This document shows positions 11,665 through 22,765 of a stretch of 64,000 nt of DNA, piece after piece. The notes beneath the pieces were generated by a model. The model was not told the origin of the DNA. It ran no database searches and worked only from the letters and a program-made list of their open reading frames with translations. This DNA comes from Mobula hypostoma (Eukaryota): NCBI RefSeq assembly GCF_963921235.1, contig NC_086109.1, forward strand, positions 1,862,001-1,926,000, given 5' to 3'. Each line of letters begins with the position of its first letter. Within the stretch, counting starts at the first letter, position 1. The translations under genes were made by a program, and so were the position numbers.

Positions 11665-12600
11665 ATGACTGTGAGGGCAGTTTGCTGTTCTCGGTGTCGG
11701 ATGTGGGAGGCCCTGGAGTCTCCAAGCCTCCCGGACATCTACATCTGCGCCAAGTGCATCGAGATGCAGCTCCTAAGGGACCGCGTTACGGAACTGGAGC
11801 TGCAGCTCGATGACCTTCGTCTGGTCAGGGAGAGCGAGGAGGTGATAGAGAGGAGTGGAAGACAGGTGGTCACGCCGGGACCACGGGAGGCAGACAAGTG
11901 GGTCATGGTTAGGAGGGGGAAGGGGAAAAGTCAGGTGATGGGAAGTACCCCGGTGGCTGTGCCCCTTAACAACAGGTACTCCTGTTTGAGTACTGTTGGG
12001 GGGGACAGCTTACCCGGGGGAAGCGACAGTGGCCGTGCCTACGGCACAGAGTCTGGCCCTGTAGCTCAGAAGGGTAGGGCAAGGAAGAGGAGGGCAGTTG
12101 TGATAGGGGACTCGATAGTAAGGGGGTCAGATAGGCGATTCTGTGGACGCAGTCCAGAGACCCGGATGGTAGTTTCCCTCCCTGGTGCCAGGGTCCGGGA
12201 TATTTCTGATCGTGTCCAAGATATCCTGAAGTGGGAGGGTGGGGAGCCAGAGGTCGTGGTACATATAGGTACCAATGACATAGGTAGGAAAAGGGATGAG
12301 GTCCTGAAAGGAGAATATAGGGAGCTAGGAAGGGAGTTGAGAAAAAGGACCGCAAAGGTAGTAATCTCGGGATTACTGCCTGTGCCACGCGCCAGTGAGA
12401 GTAGGAATGCGATGAGGTGGAGGATAAATGCGTGGCTGAGGGATTGGAGCAGGGGGCAGGGATTCAAGTTTTTGGATCATTGGGACCTCTTTTGGCGCAG
12501 ACGTGACCTGTACAAAAAGGACGGGTTACACTTGAATCCTAGGGGGACCAATATCCTGGCGGGGAGATTAGCGGGGGCTACTGAGGTGACTTTAAACTAG
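11665..12600 (+). CDS. CR1 ORF1p: Cys-rich/coiled-coil N-terminus plus SGNH/GDSL esterase-like domain
   Basis: Open frame; CSRC...CAKC, leucine heptads, VIGDSIV, HIGTND and DGLH motifs. Confidence 0.88.
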   Translation: MTVRAVCCSRCRMWEALESPSLPDIYICAKCIEMQLLRDRVTELELQLDDLRLVRESEEVIERSGRQVVTPGPREADKWVMVRRGKGKSQVMGSTPVAVPLNNRYSCLSTVGGDSLPGGSDSGRAYGTESGPVAQKGRARKRRAVVIGDSIVRGSDRRFCGRSPETRMVVSLPGARVRDISDRVQDILKWEGGEPEVVVHIGTNDIGRKRDEVLKGEYRELGRELRKRTAKVVISGLLPVPRASESRNAMRWRINAWLRDWSRGQGFKFLDHWDLFWRRRDLYKKDGLHLNPRGTNILAGRLAGATEVTLN

Positions 12601-12605
12601 AATGG

Positions 12606-15600
12606 TTGGGGGGTGGGAATCAAATTAAAGAGGCTAGGCGTGAGGAGGTTAGTTCACAACAGAGGGATGGGAACCAGTGCAGAGAGACAGAGGGGTGTAA
12701 AGTGAGCGTAGAAGCAAAAAGTACAAAGGAGAAAAGTAAAAGTGGCAGGCCAACAAATCCAGGGCAAGCATCAAAAAGGGCCACTTTTCAACATAATTGT
12801 ATAAGGGCTAAGAGAGTTGTAAAAGAGCGCCTGAAGGCTTTATGTGTCAATGCAAGGAGCATTCGTAATAAGGTGGATGAATTGAAAGTGCAGATTGTTA
12901 TTAATGATTATGATATAGTTGGGATCACAGAGACATGGCTCCAGGGTGACCAGGGATGGGAGCTCAACGTTCAGGGATATTCAATATTCAGGAGGGATAG
13001 ACATGAAGGAAGGGGAGGTGGGGTGGCGTTGCTGGTTAAAGAAGAGATTAACGCAATAGAAAGGAAGGACATAAGCCGGGAAGATGTGGAATCGATCTGG
13101 GTAGAGCTGCGTAACACTAAGGGGCAGAAGACGCTGGTGGGAGTTGTGTACAGGCCACCTAACAGTAGTAGTGAGGTCGGAGATGGTATTAAACAGGAAA
13201 TTAGAAATGTGTGCAATAAAGGAACAGCAGTTATAATGGTGACTTCAATCTACATGTAGACTGGGTGAACCAAATTGGTAAAGGTGCTGAGGAAGAGGAT
13301 TTCTTGGAATGTATGCGGGATGGTTTTTTGAACCAACATGTGGAGGAACCAACTAGAGAGCAGGCTATTCTGGACTGGGTTTTGAGCAATGAGGAAGGGT
13401 TAATTAGCGATCTTGTCGTGAGAGGCCCCTTGGGTAAGAGTGGCCATAATATGGTGGAATTCTTCATTAATATGGAGAGTGAGATAGTTAATTCAGAAAC
13501 AAAGGTTCTGAACTTAAAGAGGGGTAACTTTGAAGGTATGAGGCGTGAATTAGCTAAGATAGACTGGCAAATGACACTTAAAGGATTGACGGTGGATATG
13601 CAATGGCAAGCATTTAAAGGTTGCATGGATGAACTACAACAATTGTTCATCCCAGTTTGGCAAAAGAATAAATCAAGGAAGGTAGTGCACCCGTGGCTGA
13701 CAAGAGAAATTAGGGATAGTATCAATTCCAAAGAAGTAGCATACAAATTAGCCAGAGAAAGTGGCTCACCTGAGGACTGGGAGAAATTCAGAGTTCAGCA
13801 GAGGAGGACAAAGGGTTAATTAGGAAGGGGAAAAAAGATTATGAGAGAAAACTGGCGGGGAACATAAAAACAGACTGTAAAAGCTTTTATAGATATGTAA
13901 AAAGGAAAAGACTGGTAAAGACAAATGTAGGTCCCCTGCAGACAGAAACAGGTGAATTGATTATGGGGAGCAAGGACATGGCAGACCAATTGAATAATTA
14001 CTTTGGTTCTGTCTTCACTAAGGAGGACATAAATAATCTTCCAGAAATAGTAAGGGACAGAGAGTCCAGTGAGATGGAAGAACTGAGTGAAATACATGTT
14101 AGTAGGGAAGTGGTGTTAGGTAAATTGAAGGGATTGAAGGCAGATAAATCCCCAGGGCCAGATGGTCTGCATCCCAGAGTGCTTAAGGAAGTAGCCCAAG
14201 AAATAGTGGATGCATTAGTGATAATTTTTCAAAACTCGTTAGATTCTGGACTAGTTCCTGAGGATTGGAGGGTGGCTAATGTAACCCCACTTTTTAAAAA
14301 AGGAGGGAGAGAGAAACCGGGGAATTATAGACCAGTTAGCCTAACGTCGGTGGTGGGGAAACTGCTGGAGTCAGTTATCAAGGATGTGATAACAGCACAT
14401 TTGGAAGGCGGTGAAATGATCGGACAAAGTCAGCATGGATTTGTGAAAGGAAAATCATGTCTGACGAATCTCATAGAATTTTTTGAGGATGTAACTAGTA
14501 GAGTGGATGGGGAGAACCAGTGGATGTGGTATATTTGGATTTTCAAAAGGCTTTTGACAAGGTCCCACACAGGAGATTAGTGTGCAAACTTAAAGCACAC
14601 GGTATTGGGGGTAAGGTATTGGTGTGGGTGGAGAATTGGTTAGTAGACAGGAAGCAAAGAGTGGGAATAAACGGGACCTTTTCAGAATGGCAGGCAGTGA
14701 CTAGTGGGGTATTAATGACTTGGATGAGAGAATTAAATGCAGCATCTCCAAGTTTGCGGATGACACGAAGCTGGGTGGCAGTGTTAGCAGTGAGGAGGAT
14801 GCTAAGTGGATTCAGGGTGACTTGGATAGGTTGGGTGAGTGGGCAAACTCATGGCAGATGCAATTTAATGTAGATAAATGTGAAGTTATCCACTTTGGTG
14901 GCAAAAATAAGAAAACAGATTATTATCTGAATGGTGGCCAATTAGGAAAAGGGGAGGTGCAACGAGACCTGGGTGTCATTATACACCAGTCATTGAAAGT
15001 GGGCATGCAGGTACAGCAGGCGGTGAAAAAGGCGAATGGTATGCTGGTGTTTATAGCGAGAGGATTCGAGTATAGGAGCAGGGAAGTACTACTGCAGTTG
15101 TACAAGGCCTTGGTGAGACCACACCTGGAGTATTGTGTGCAGTTTTGGTCCCCTAATCTGAGGAAAGACACCTTTGCCATAGAGGGAGTACAAAGAAGGT
15201 TCACCAGATTGATTCCTGGGATGGCAGGACTTTCATATGAAGAAAGACTGGATGAGCTGGGCTTGTACTCGTTGGAATTTAGAAGATTGAGGGGGGATCT
15301 GATTGAAACGTATAAGATCCTAAAGGGATTGGACAGGCTAGATGCAGGAAGGTTGTTCCCGATGTTGGGGAAGTCCAGAACGAGGGGTCACAGTTTGAGG
15401 ATAGAGGGGAAGCCTTTTAGGACCGAGATTAGGAAAAACTTCTTCACACAGAGAGTGGTGAATCTGTGGAATTCTCTGCCACAGGAAACTGTTGAGGCCA
15501 GTTCATTGGCTATGTTTAAGAGGGAGTTAGATATTGCCCTTGTGGCTACAGGGATCGGGGGTATGGAGAGAAGGCAGGTACAGGGTTCTGAGTTGGATGA

Positions 15601-15610
15601 TCAGCCATGA
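12606..15610 (+). pseudogene. CR1 ORF2 (endonuclease-RT), inactivated
   Basis: NARS, GITETW, VYRPP, NYRPVSL, YLDFQKAFD and KFADD are spread over several frames; frameshifts near 13240, 13815 and 14510; PQGSVLGP segment deleted near 14710. Confidence 0.92.
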
Positions 15611-16410
15611 TCATAATAAATGGCGGTGCAGGCTCGAAGGGCCGAATGGCCTACTCCTGCACCTATTTTCTATTTTTCTATGTTTCTATGTTTTATTCCT
15701 CCTCCCAAAGTGCATGACCATTTAGTTCCCGACACGATGTTCCATCTGGCACTTCTTTGCCCGGTCTCCTCATCTGTCCATCTTTCTGCAGCCCCTCTGC
15801 CTCTGCAACACTATCTGCCCCTCTAACTACCTTCATATCATCCACAGACTTGCCCACAAAGCCATCAGTTCCATCATCCAAATCATTGATACGCAACGTG
15901 AAAAGAATAAGTCCCAACATCGCTACCTGTGGAACACAGTTTGCCAGCTGCAGCCAATCAAAAATATTCACTGTATTCATACTTCTTGTCTCCTTCTAAT
16001 TATCCAATGATCTTCCAATCCTCTGTCATCTCTTTCCAAGGATATGATTTATTTTTTATCAACGGGCCATGCTTCACCCTCTGCCTACCTGCCTGTCATT
16101 TCAATACAATATGTATCCATGGATATTAACCTCCCAGCAATAACTTTCAGTTATGACTCAGTGATGCCAACAACATCATACCTGTCAATCTCTAACTGTG
16201 CTGCAAGACCGTCTATCTTATTTTGCATGCAGCGTGTATTCAAATATAACACCTTCAGTTAGCTGTTTTCCCTTTGATAAACTTGTCAGGCCCAGCTGAT
16301 CAGTCGCACTGAGCTTCACAATGTACTGCGGCCCCCACACTGTAACTTCCTGTTCCCCATCCCACAACCCCTCCCGGGACATCCCTTCCAATTCTCACTG
16401 CCTGATTAAC

Positions 16411-16542
16411 CATTGACATCCTGAAGGACAGTCCCAGAGGTTGGAGCCGAGGGTGGAGCCTGAGCAAAACCCAGGATGTCGGATGTCGTGAAAGATCCTG
16501 TGAAGCCCCTCCCAAGATTCGGGGGCTGTGGACGGCCACACA
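16411..16542 (-). other. Candidate internal exon of an unknown minus-strand (pseudo)gene
   Basis: Acceptor ...CCACTTGCAG, weak donor G|GTTAAT, 132 nt; phase-1 frame CGRPQPPNLGRGFTGSFTTSDILGFAQAPPSAPTSGTVLQDVN is open. Confidence 0.3.
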
Positions 16543-16904
16543 CTGCAAGTGGTTTATTGTTAATATTGTGCACTCCCTGCCAACATGAACCAGTTCACGC
16601 TTTCAGCCCGAGAGCCTGCTGATGGGGTATTGGGCAGAGAACACATTTTTTATCTGTGCACTGTCAAATTTAATAGCTTGGCCAGCATCTGCGGAGAGTT
16701 AATGTTTCAGGTCACACACGTCTCTCTCCACAGGTGCTGCCTTACTTGCCTCAGGCTTCCAGCAGTTCCTGATTTTCCTAGGGATTTCCAGCTTGTACAA
16801 TTACTTTATATTTACTAATTGAGATTGTCTGCTTTATAATAAACTCCAATACAGTATTTCCCGAAACCATTCTGCTGTTGGATGTTGTTGGGTTGCAGCA
16901 AGTT

Positions 16905-17575
16905 TTCTAAGATATGGATGGGTGCAGGGCCAGAGGGTGTTAGAGAGATGGATGGATGGATGGATGGCCTGTAGGGGTTTTTACTGAGAAATGAATGAAT
17001 GAATGTTAGGGTTGGAGGAGTTACAGAGAGATGGATATTTAAGGGGCCGGAGGGGATTACAGAAATATAATGGGTGTAGGGGCTGGAGGGCAGTACAGGG
17101 AGATGGATGGTGTAGAGGCCGGAAGGGGTTGCAGAGAGATGAGTGGGTGTAGGGTCTGGAGGGGTTACAGAGATATGGATAGGTATAGGAGCCAGAGGGT
17201 GTTACAGAGAGATGGATTGATGGAAGGACTGTGCTGTCTGGGCCAAAGTGGGGTTACTGAGAAATGAATGAATGTTAGGGTTGGAGAGGGTTACAGAGAC
17301 ATGGATAGGTATAGGGGCCAGAAGGTGTTACAGAAAGATGAATGGGTGTAGGGGCTGGAGGGCAGTGCAGGGAGATGGATGGGTGTAGGGTCTGGAAGAG
17401 GTCGCGGAGAGATGAGTGGGTGTAGGGTCTGGAGGGGGTTACAGAGAAATGGATAGGTATAGCGGCCAGAGGGGGTTTCACAGAGACGGGACGGGCGTAG
17501 GGGCCACAGCGTATTACCGAGAGATGGATGAGTGCAGCGGCCGGAGGGGATTACAGAGAGATGGATGGAAAGACA
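16905..17575. repeat. ~32-bp purine-rich minisatellite
   Basis: Recurring GAGATGGATGGGTGTAGGGGCTGGAGGGGTTACA. Confidence 0.9.
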
Positions 17576-17786
17576 CTGGAATTGAACACTGAACTCTGAC
17601 GCTCTGTGAAGCTCCTCACATCCCACCCTTTCACTGACCAACACCCATATGGCACTCCCTGCCTCCCAACCCCACCCCTGAGAGGCGGCTGAGATTACTG
17701 GGTGACTTCGGGGTTGGGGAGGAGAGACTGAGGACAGATATTGACCCACAGCAGCACCCGTTTGCGTGTTGTCTTCCTTCTCTCAC

Positions 17787-17902
17787 CCTGTTCCACTGCT
17801 TCCACTTTCCTTCCCCCATTTCACTCCCTGTGGTGCCCCCAACTCCTCGCTCCCCATCTCCATCGTGGATCTGAGACGCGCGGCGGCAAAAGTTAGCTCA
17901 TG
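17787..17902 (-). other. Candidate first exon of an unknown gene
   Basis: Directly downstream of the CCAAT array; Kozak-like CCACGATGG (ATG at 17863) gives MEMGSEELGAPQGVKWGKESGSSGT; donor AGG|GTGAGA at 17786. Confidence 0.45.
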
Positions 17903-18280
17903 GCGTTCTGTGATCTGATTGGACAGCCCATGGACCAGCGCTCTAGGATTGGCCGAAGTGGTAGTGGAACAATCCAATTGAACACCGTTATTACCGCACA
18001 TCTGATTGTCCGTCGCCTGGCTGCCGTGTTTACTGATTGGCTGCTGGAATACCGCACTCCCTGATTGGGTCGGCTGGAGGCAGCGCAACACGCCGCTGAC
18101 CGGACGGATCAGGAGCCGCCGGACCGGTTCGCTGATGTGACGGTGACGGTGACCGCAAAGCGACACCGTGGAGCTGACGCCGACTCTTCGGTTTGCCGTC
18201 TTCGCGGGTGAAGGGGTCCGGGGAAGAGTGTGTAATGCCGGGACACCCTTCCTCTGGTCTGTGGGCGCACCCGTTCTTCT
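17880..18280 (-). promoter_or_regulatory. CpG-rich promoter with tandem CCAAT (NF-Y) boxes and an E2F-like site
   Basis: ATTGG at 17918, 17948, 18036 and 18064, with variants at 17977 and 18005; TTTGCCGC on minus at 17883-17890; high CpG density in non-repeat DNA. Confidence 0.7.
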
Positions 18281-18489
18281 CATAAACACATATATATATA
18301 TATATATTTGCATTTATCATTGGGAAGGGGGGTGTTGCCTTTTTAGAAACACAATGCGTATTTCTGTACAGTAATTATCCTTACTGTAATACTGCAGCTC
18401 CTGTATATACTCAAGAAATGTGTGTTGAAGGGAAGACTATTGGCTTGTTTACTGTGTTACGCAGGACAGAGTTAAGGGAATCTTCAAGA

Positions 18490-18950
18490 CAAGAAAAACA
18501 CGAGTAAATTTGCAGATACTGGAGATCCAAAGCAGCACACAAAATGCTGACGGAACTCAGCATCTATAGAAAAGAGTAAACAGTCGAAGTTACGGGCCCA
18601 GAGCTTCATCGGTATTGCACAGAAGGGCAAAATTTAGAATAAGAAGGTGGGGAGAGGTGAAAGGTGAAACTGGAAGGGGAAGGGGAGCGGGTGTAGTGAG
18701 GAAGAGCTGGGAAGGTGATTGCTGAAAGAGATAAAGGGCTGGAGAAGGTTGCAATCTGATGATGATATGCAGGTTGGAAGAGAAGGTGTGAGAGGGAAAC
18801 AAGAATGGGAAGTAGTGAAGGAGAGGAGGAGGCGGCAATTACTGCATTGGAAAAACCGATATTCATGCATCTGGTTGAAATCTACCCAGACAGAATATCA
18901 AAGTATTGCTCCTCCGACCTGCGAGTGGCTTCATCCTTGGCAGTAGAGGC
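18490..18950 (-). mobile_element. Penelope-like 3' remnant (duplicated copy of 470-930)
   Basis: DEATRRSEEQY motif in minus ORF; same tail as copy 1. Confidence 0.65.
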
Positions 18951-19023
18951 TACACTACAGACAACGGGGGAACTGAATCTCCAGTTGTCATGTGGGAACG
19001 GATGACTGAGGTTTGAGTTCATA

Positions 19024-22000
19024 CATAGAAACATATAAAACCTACAGCACAATATAGGCTGTTCAGCCCACAAAGCTGTGCAGAACAAGTCCTTACCTTA
19101 GAACTACCTAGGCTTACCCATACTCTATAGAATCATAGAACCCTACAGCACAGTACAGGTCCATCGGCCGTCAATGTTGTGCCGACCCATATAATCCTTA
19201 AGAAAAGTACTAAACCCACACTACTGCATAACCCTCTATTTTCCTTTTATCTTAAATACATCTTAGGTTCTTAAATACTCCTAATGTTTCAGCCTTCATC
19301 ACCATCCCTGGCAAGACATTCCAGGCACCCACAGCCCTCTGTAAAAAACTTACCCCTGACGTCTCCCCTAAACTTCCCTCCCTTAACTTTGTGCATATGC
19401 CCTCTGGTGTTTGCTATTCGTGCCCTGGGAAACAGGTACTGGCTACCCACCCTATCTATGCCTCTCATAATCTTGTAGACCTCTATCAAGTCCCCTCTCA
19501 TCCTTCTACGCTCCAAAGAGAAAAGTCCCAGCTCTGCTAACCTTGCCTTATAAGACTTGTTTTCCAATCCAGGCAACATCCTGTAAATCTCCTCTGCACA
19601 CCCTTCCTATAAGGAGGTGACTGGAATTGAACACAATACTATAAGTGTGGTTTCACCAGAGATTTGTAGAGTTGCAACATAACCTCTACTCTTGAACGTA
19701 ATCGCCCTATTAATGAAGCCTAGCATCCCATAGGCCTTCTTAACTATCCTATCAACCTGTGCAGTGACCTTGGAGGTTCAGACACCCTGAGCCAATAGGC
19801 TGGTCCTGGACTTATTTCATAATTTACTAGCATAATTTACATACTACTATTTAACTATTTATGGTTCTATTACTATTTATTATTTATGGTGCAACTGTAA
19901 CAAAAAACAATTTCGCCCGGGATCAATAAAGTATGACTATATATGGATTTGAACGCCAGGGTATCTTTGTTCATCCACACTCTTACGTAACCGACCCTGT
20001 ACTCAGCCTTCTGGTTTGTCCTTCCAAAATGCATCACCACACACTTATCCGGATTGAAATCCATCTGCCACTTTTCTGCCCAACTCTGTTTTTCTAAGAT
20101 CCATATATCAATCCGGGAGTCTCTTAAAAGACCCTCTCGTTTCCGCCTCCACGACCGTCGCCGGCAGCCCATTCTACACACTCACCACTCGGCGTAAAAA
20201 CGCACCCCTGACACCTCCTCTGTACTTGTCATGGTCCGGATGGGGTTTTGCCTTTAAATTTGCTTTGTTTGTGTTACGATGCGGACCATTGCCTCCCCGT
20301 TTCCCGTTGGTTCCCTGTTATCCCGTGTCCCTCGGGCTTGGTGATTAGAGGCAATTTACTCTCGGCTGAAATGACAGTTTACAAGTCTCCGGCTTTCAGC
20401 CGTTCGGCGCGAAAGCGTTAACGAAGCCACCGAAGGTACTGTGAGCCAATGTCATCTGGCCGGAGCAAGCCCAGTCTCCTCCCGAAGCAAGAGCCAGTAA
20501 GCCGCCTTCCCTTGTTAGAGCGGGTCAGTCAAAGTTAACCCGCCGGAGTGAGTTAAGAGCTCGTCGCTGCTTGGAGCGTACTCGTGTCCAGTTATAGTAC
20601 TGTCCATCGTTGTGTGGTCTCTGTATCCATGTCCTGCGTCTAAAAGGGGTCTCGGTCCTGTACCCTGGAAGGGTCCTGACACTGTATCAAGAAGAGTCCC
20701 GACTCCATCCTGTGTCTGAGTAGGATTCCCGGCTCAGAGTTTTATGTCCTGTGTCTCAGTCTGTCCCGTGAATAAAAAGAGTTCCTGGCCCCGGAAGCTT
20801 CAGGTATCGAGTCGTGGCCCAGGGCCATAGTCCCAGCCTAGTCCAGGGCCTGTGTCCCTGTCCATTACGCTATTCCTGCTTCTGCTTTGCTCTCCTTGTA
20901 ACGAACAATAAACTCAATTTGAGTTAACTTCACAAGATGTGTTTGTGTCTTGCATTTGTGTCCGCTTCCAGCGAACCCCTCCCCCTCGTGACAGAACGCT
21001 CTCGCCAAACATGGACCCAGCGGACACAACACTTTTTTTTTCCAGACTCTCGTTAGCCTGAATCCCCTGCAGGAATCCCGCCCAGAGTTCGAATTAGAAA
21101 TTCAAGAAGGTGACTCGGAGTGCCAGGTATCAGTTTGGAAGGAATGGTGTAAATACAAGGACAGTTATATAAGATCGAGTGTTGTTGTTCTGTTGTCTTT
21201 ACTCAGAGCGTGGTAGCTGTGTGGAACGAGCTTCCAGCAGAAGTGGTTGAGGCAGGTTCGATGTTGTCATTTAAAGTTAAATTGGATAGATATATGGACA
21301 GGAAAGGAATGGAGGGTTATGGGCTGAGTGCAGGTCGGTGGGACTAGGTGAGAGTAAGAGTTAGGCACGGACTAGAAGGGCCGAGATGGCCTGTTTTCGT
21401 GCTGTAATTGTTGTATGGTTATATCAAGTCCTGGCCCCGGAGGTCCGTGTTCCGACTCCTGGCCCCGGAGGTCCGTGTTCCAGTCTTGTCCATGGCCTAT
21501 GTCCTTGTCCATTACGCTATTCCTGCTTCTGCTTTGCTCTCCTTGTAACGAGCAATAAACTCAATTTGAGTTAACTTCACAAGATGTGTTTGTCTTGCAT
21601 TTGGGTTCGCTCCCAGCACCCCTTGTGACAGTACCTACTTCCAAGCAGCTTAAATCGATGCCCTCTCATGCTAGCCATTTCAGCCCTAGGAAATTTCCTG
21701 TGACTATCCTCGCGATCAATGCCTCTAATTATCTTGTACACCTCTATCAGGTCACCTATCATCCTCCGTCGCTCCAAGGAGAAAGGGCCAGGTTCACTCA
21801 ACCTATTCTCATAAGGCACACTCCCCAATCCAGGCAACATCTTTGTACATCTCCTCTGCACCCTTTCTATGGTTTCCACATCTTTCCTGAAATGAGCCGA
21901 CCAGAACTGAGCCCAAGTGGGGTCTAACCTGGGTCCTATATAACTGCAACATTACCTCTCGGCCCTTAAACTCAGTCCCACGATTGATGAAGGCCAATGC

Positions 22001-22587
22001 ACCGGTTGAACTCCATCTGCCATTTCTCAGGCCAGTTTTGCATCCTATCAATGTCCTACTGTAACCTCTGACAGCCCTCCACACGATGAACAACACCTCT
22101 AACCTTTATGTCATCAGCAAATTTACTAACCCATCCCTCCACTTCTTCATCCAGGTAATTTATCAAAATCACAAACAGTAGGGGTCCCAGAACAGATCCC
22201 TGAGGCACACCAGTGGTCACCGACCTCCATGCAGAAGATGACCCGTCTACAACCACTCTTTCCCTTCTGTGGGCAAGCAAGCTCTGGGATCCACAAAGAA
22301 ATGTCCCCTTGGATCCCACGCCTCCTTACTTTCTCAATAAGCCTTGCATGGGGTAACTTATCAAATGCCTTGCTGAAATCCATATACACTACATCTAATT
22401 TCATCAACGTGGTTAGTTAGATCCTCAGAAAATTCAATCAGGCTCGTAAGGCACGACCTGACTTTGACAAAGCCGTGCTAACGATTCCTAATCATATTAT
22501 GCCTCTCCAAATGTTCATAAATCCTGCCTCTCAGGATCTTCTCCATCAACTTACTAACCACTGAAGTAAGACTCACTGGTCTATAAA
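19024..22587 (-). mobile_element. CR1 RT/3' fragment hosting nested CR1 (~19128-20085), Rex-like tail (~19770-19940) and LTR element (20227-21630)
   Basis: [19 protein letters not shown] and KFADD motifs; absent from duplicate copy 1 at ~1005. Confidence 0.88.
20227..21630 (+). mobile_element. Internally deleted Gypsy-type LTR element
   Basis: 5' LTR TGTCATGG...GTGACA (20227-20993), then ATGGACCCAGCG (MDPA gag start), a CR1 piece and a partial 3' LTR (~21424-21630) matching the first; flanks GTACT/GTACC as TSD. Confidence 0.8.
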
Positions 22588-22765
22588 CTGAACAAAGCAT
22601 TTAAATTTCACAAGAAAACTGAAGAAATCCGGATAAAATATACTATCAACATTGAGTCTAATGAAATGTGACAGCTGCACCATATGAAAGTGACAAGGGG
22701 TAAAAGTCGGAGTTTGCTTGATGGAAGGAAGAAATCTGGATGGACATTTGCAGTCAGCGGTCTTT

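Larger units (their letters stand above)
11450..15688 (+). mobile_element. Near full-length CR1 LINE (5' UTR, ORF1, disrupted ORF2, 3' tail)
   Basis: CpG-rich 5' UTR, ORF1, APE endonuclease and RT, (TTTCTATG)n tail; nested in an older antisense CR1. Confidence 0.96.

Noticed and set aside
11665..12600. ORF1 as a host lipase/esterase gene
   Set aside because: It lies inside a complete CR1 structure, with homologous decayed copies at ~7 kb and ~42.4 kb.
17783..18313. 176-aa minus-strand ORF across the promoter
   Set aside because: Starts in a (TA)n microsatellite and crosses GC-rich promoter motifs; only its last ~25 codons may be exonic.
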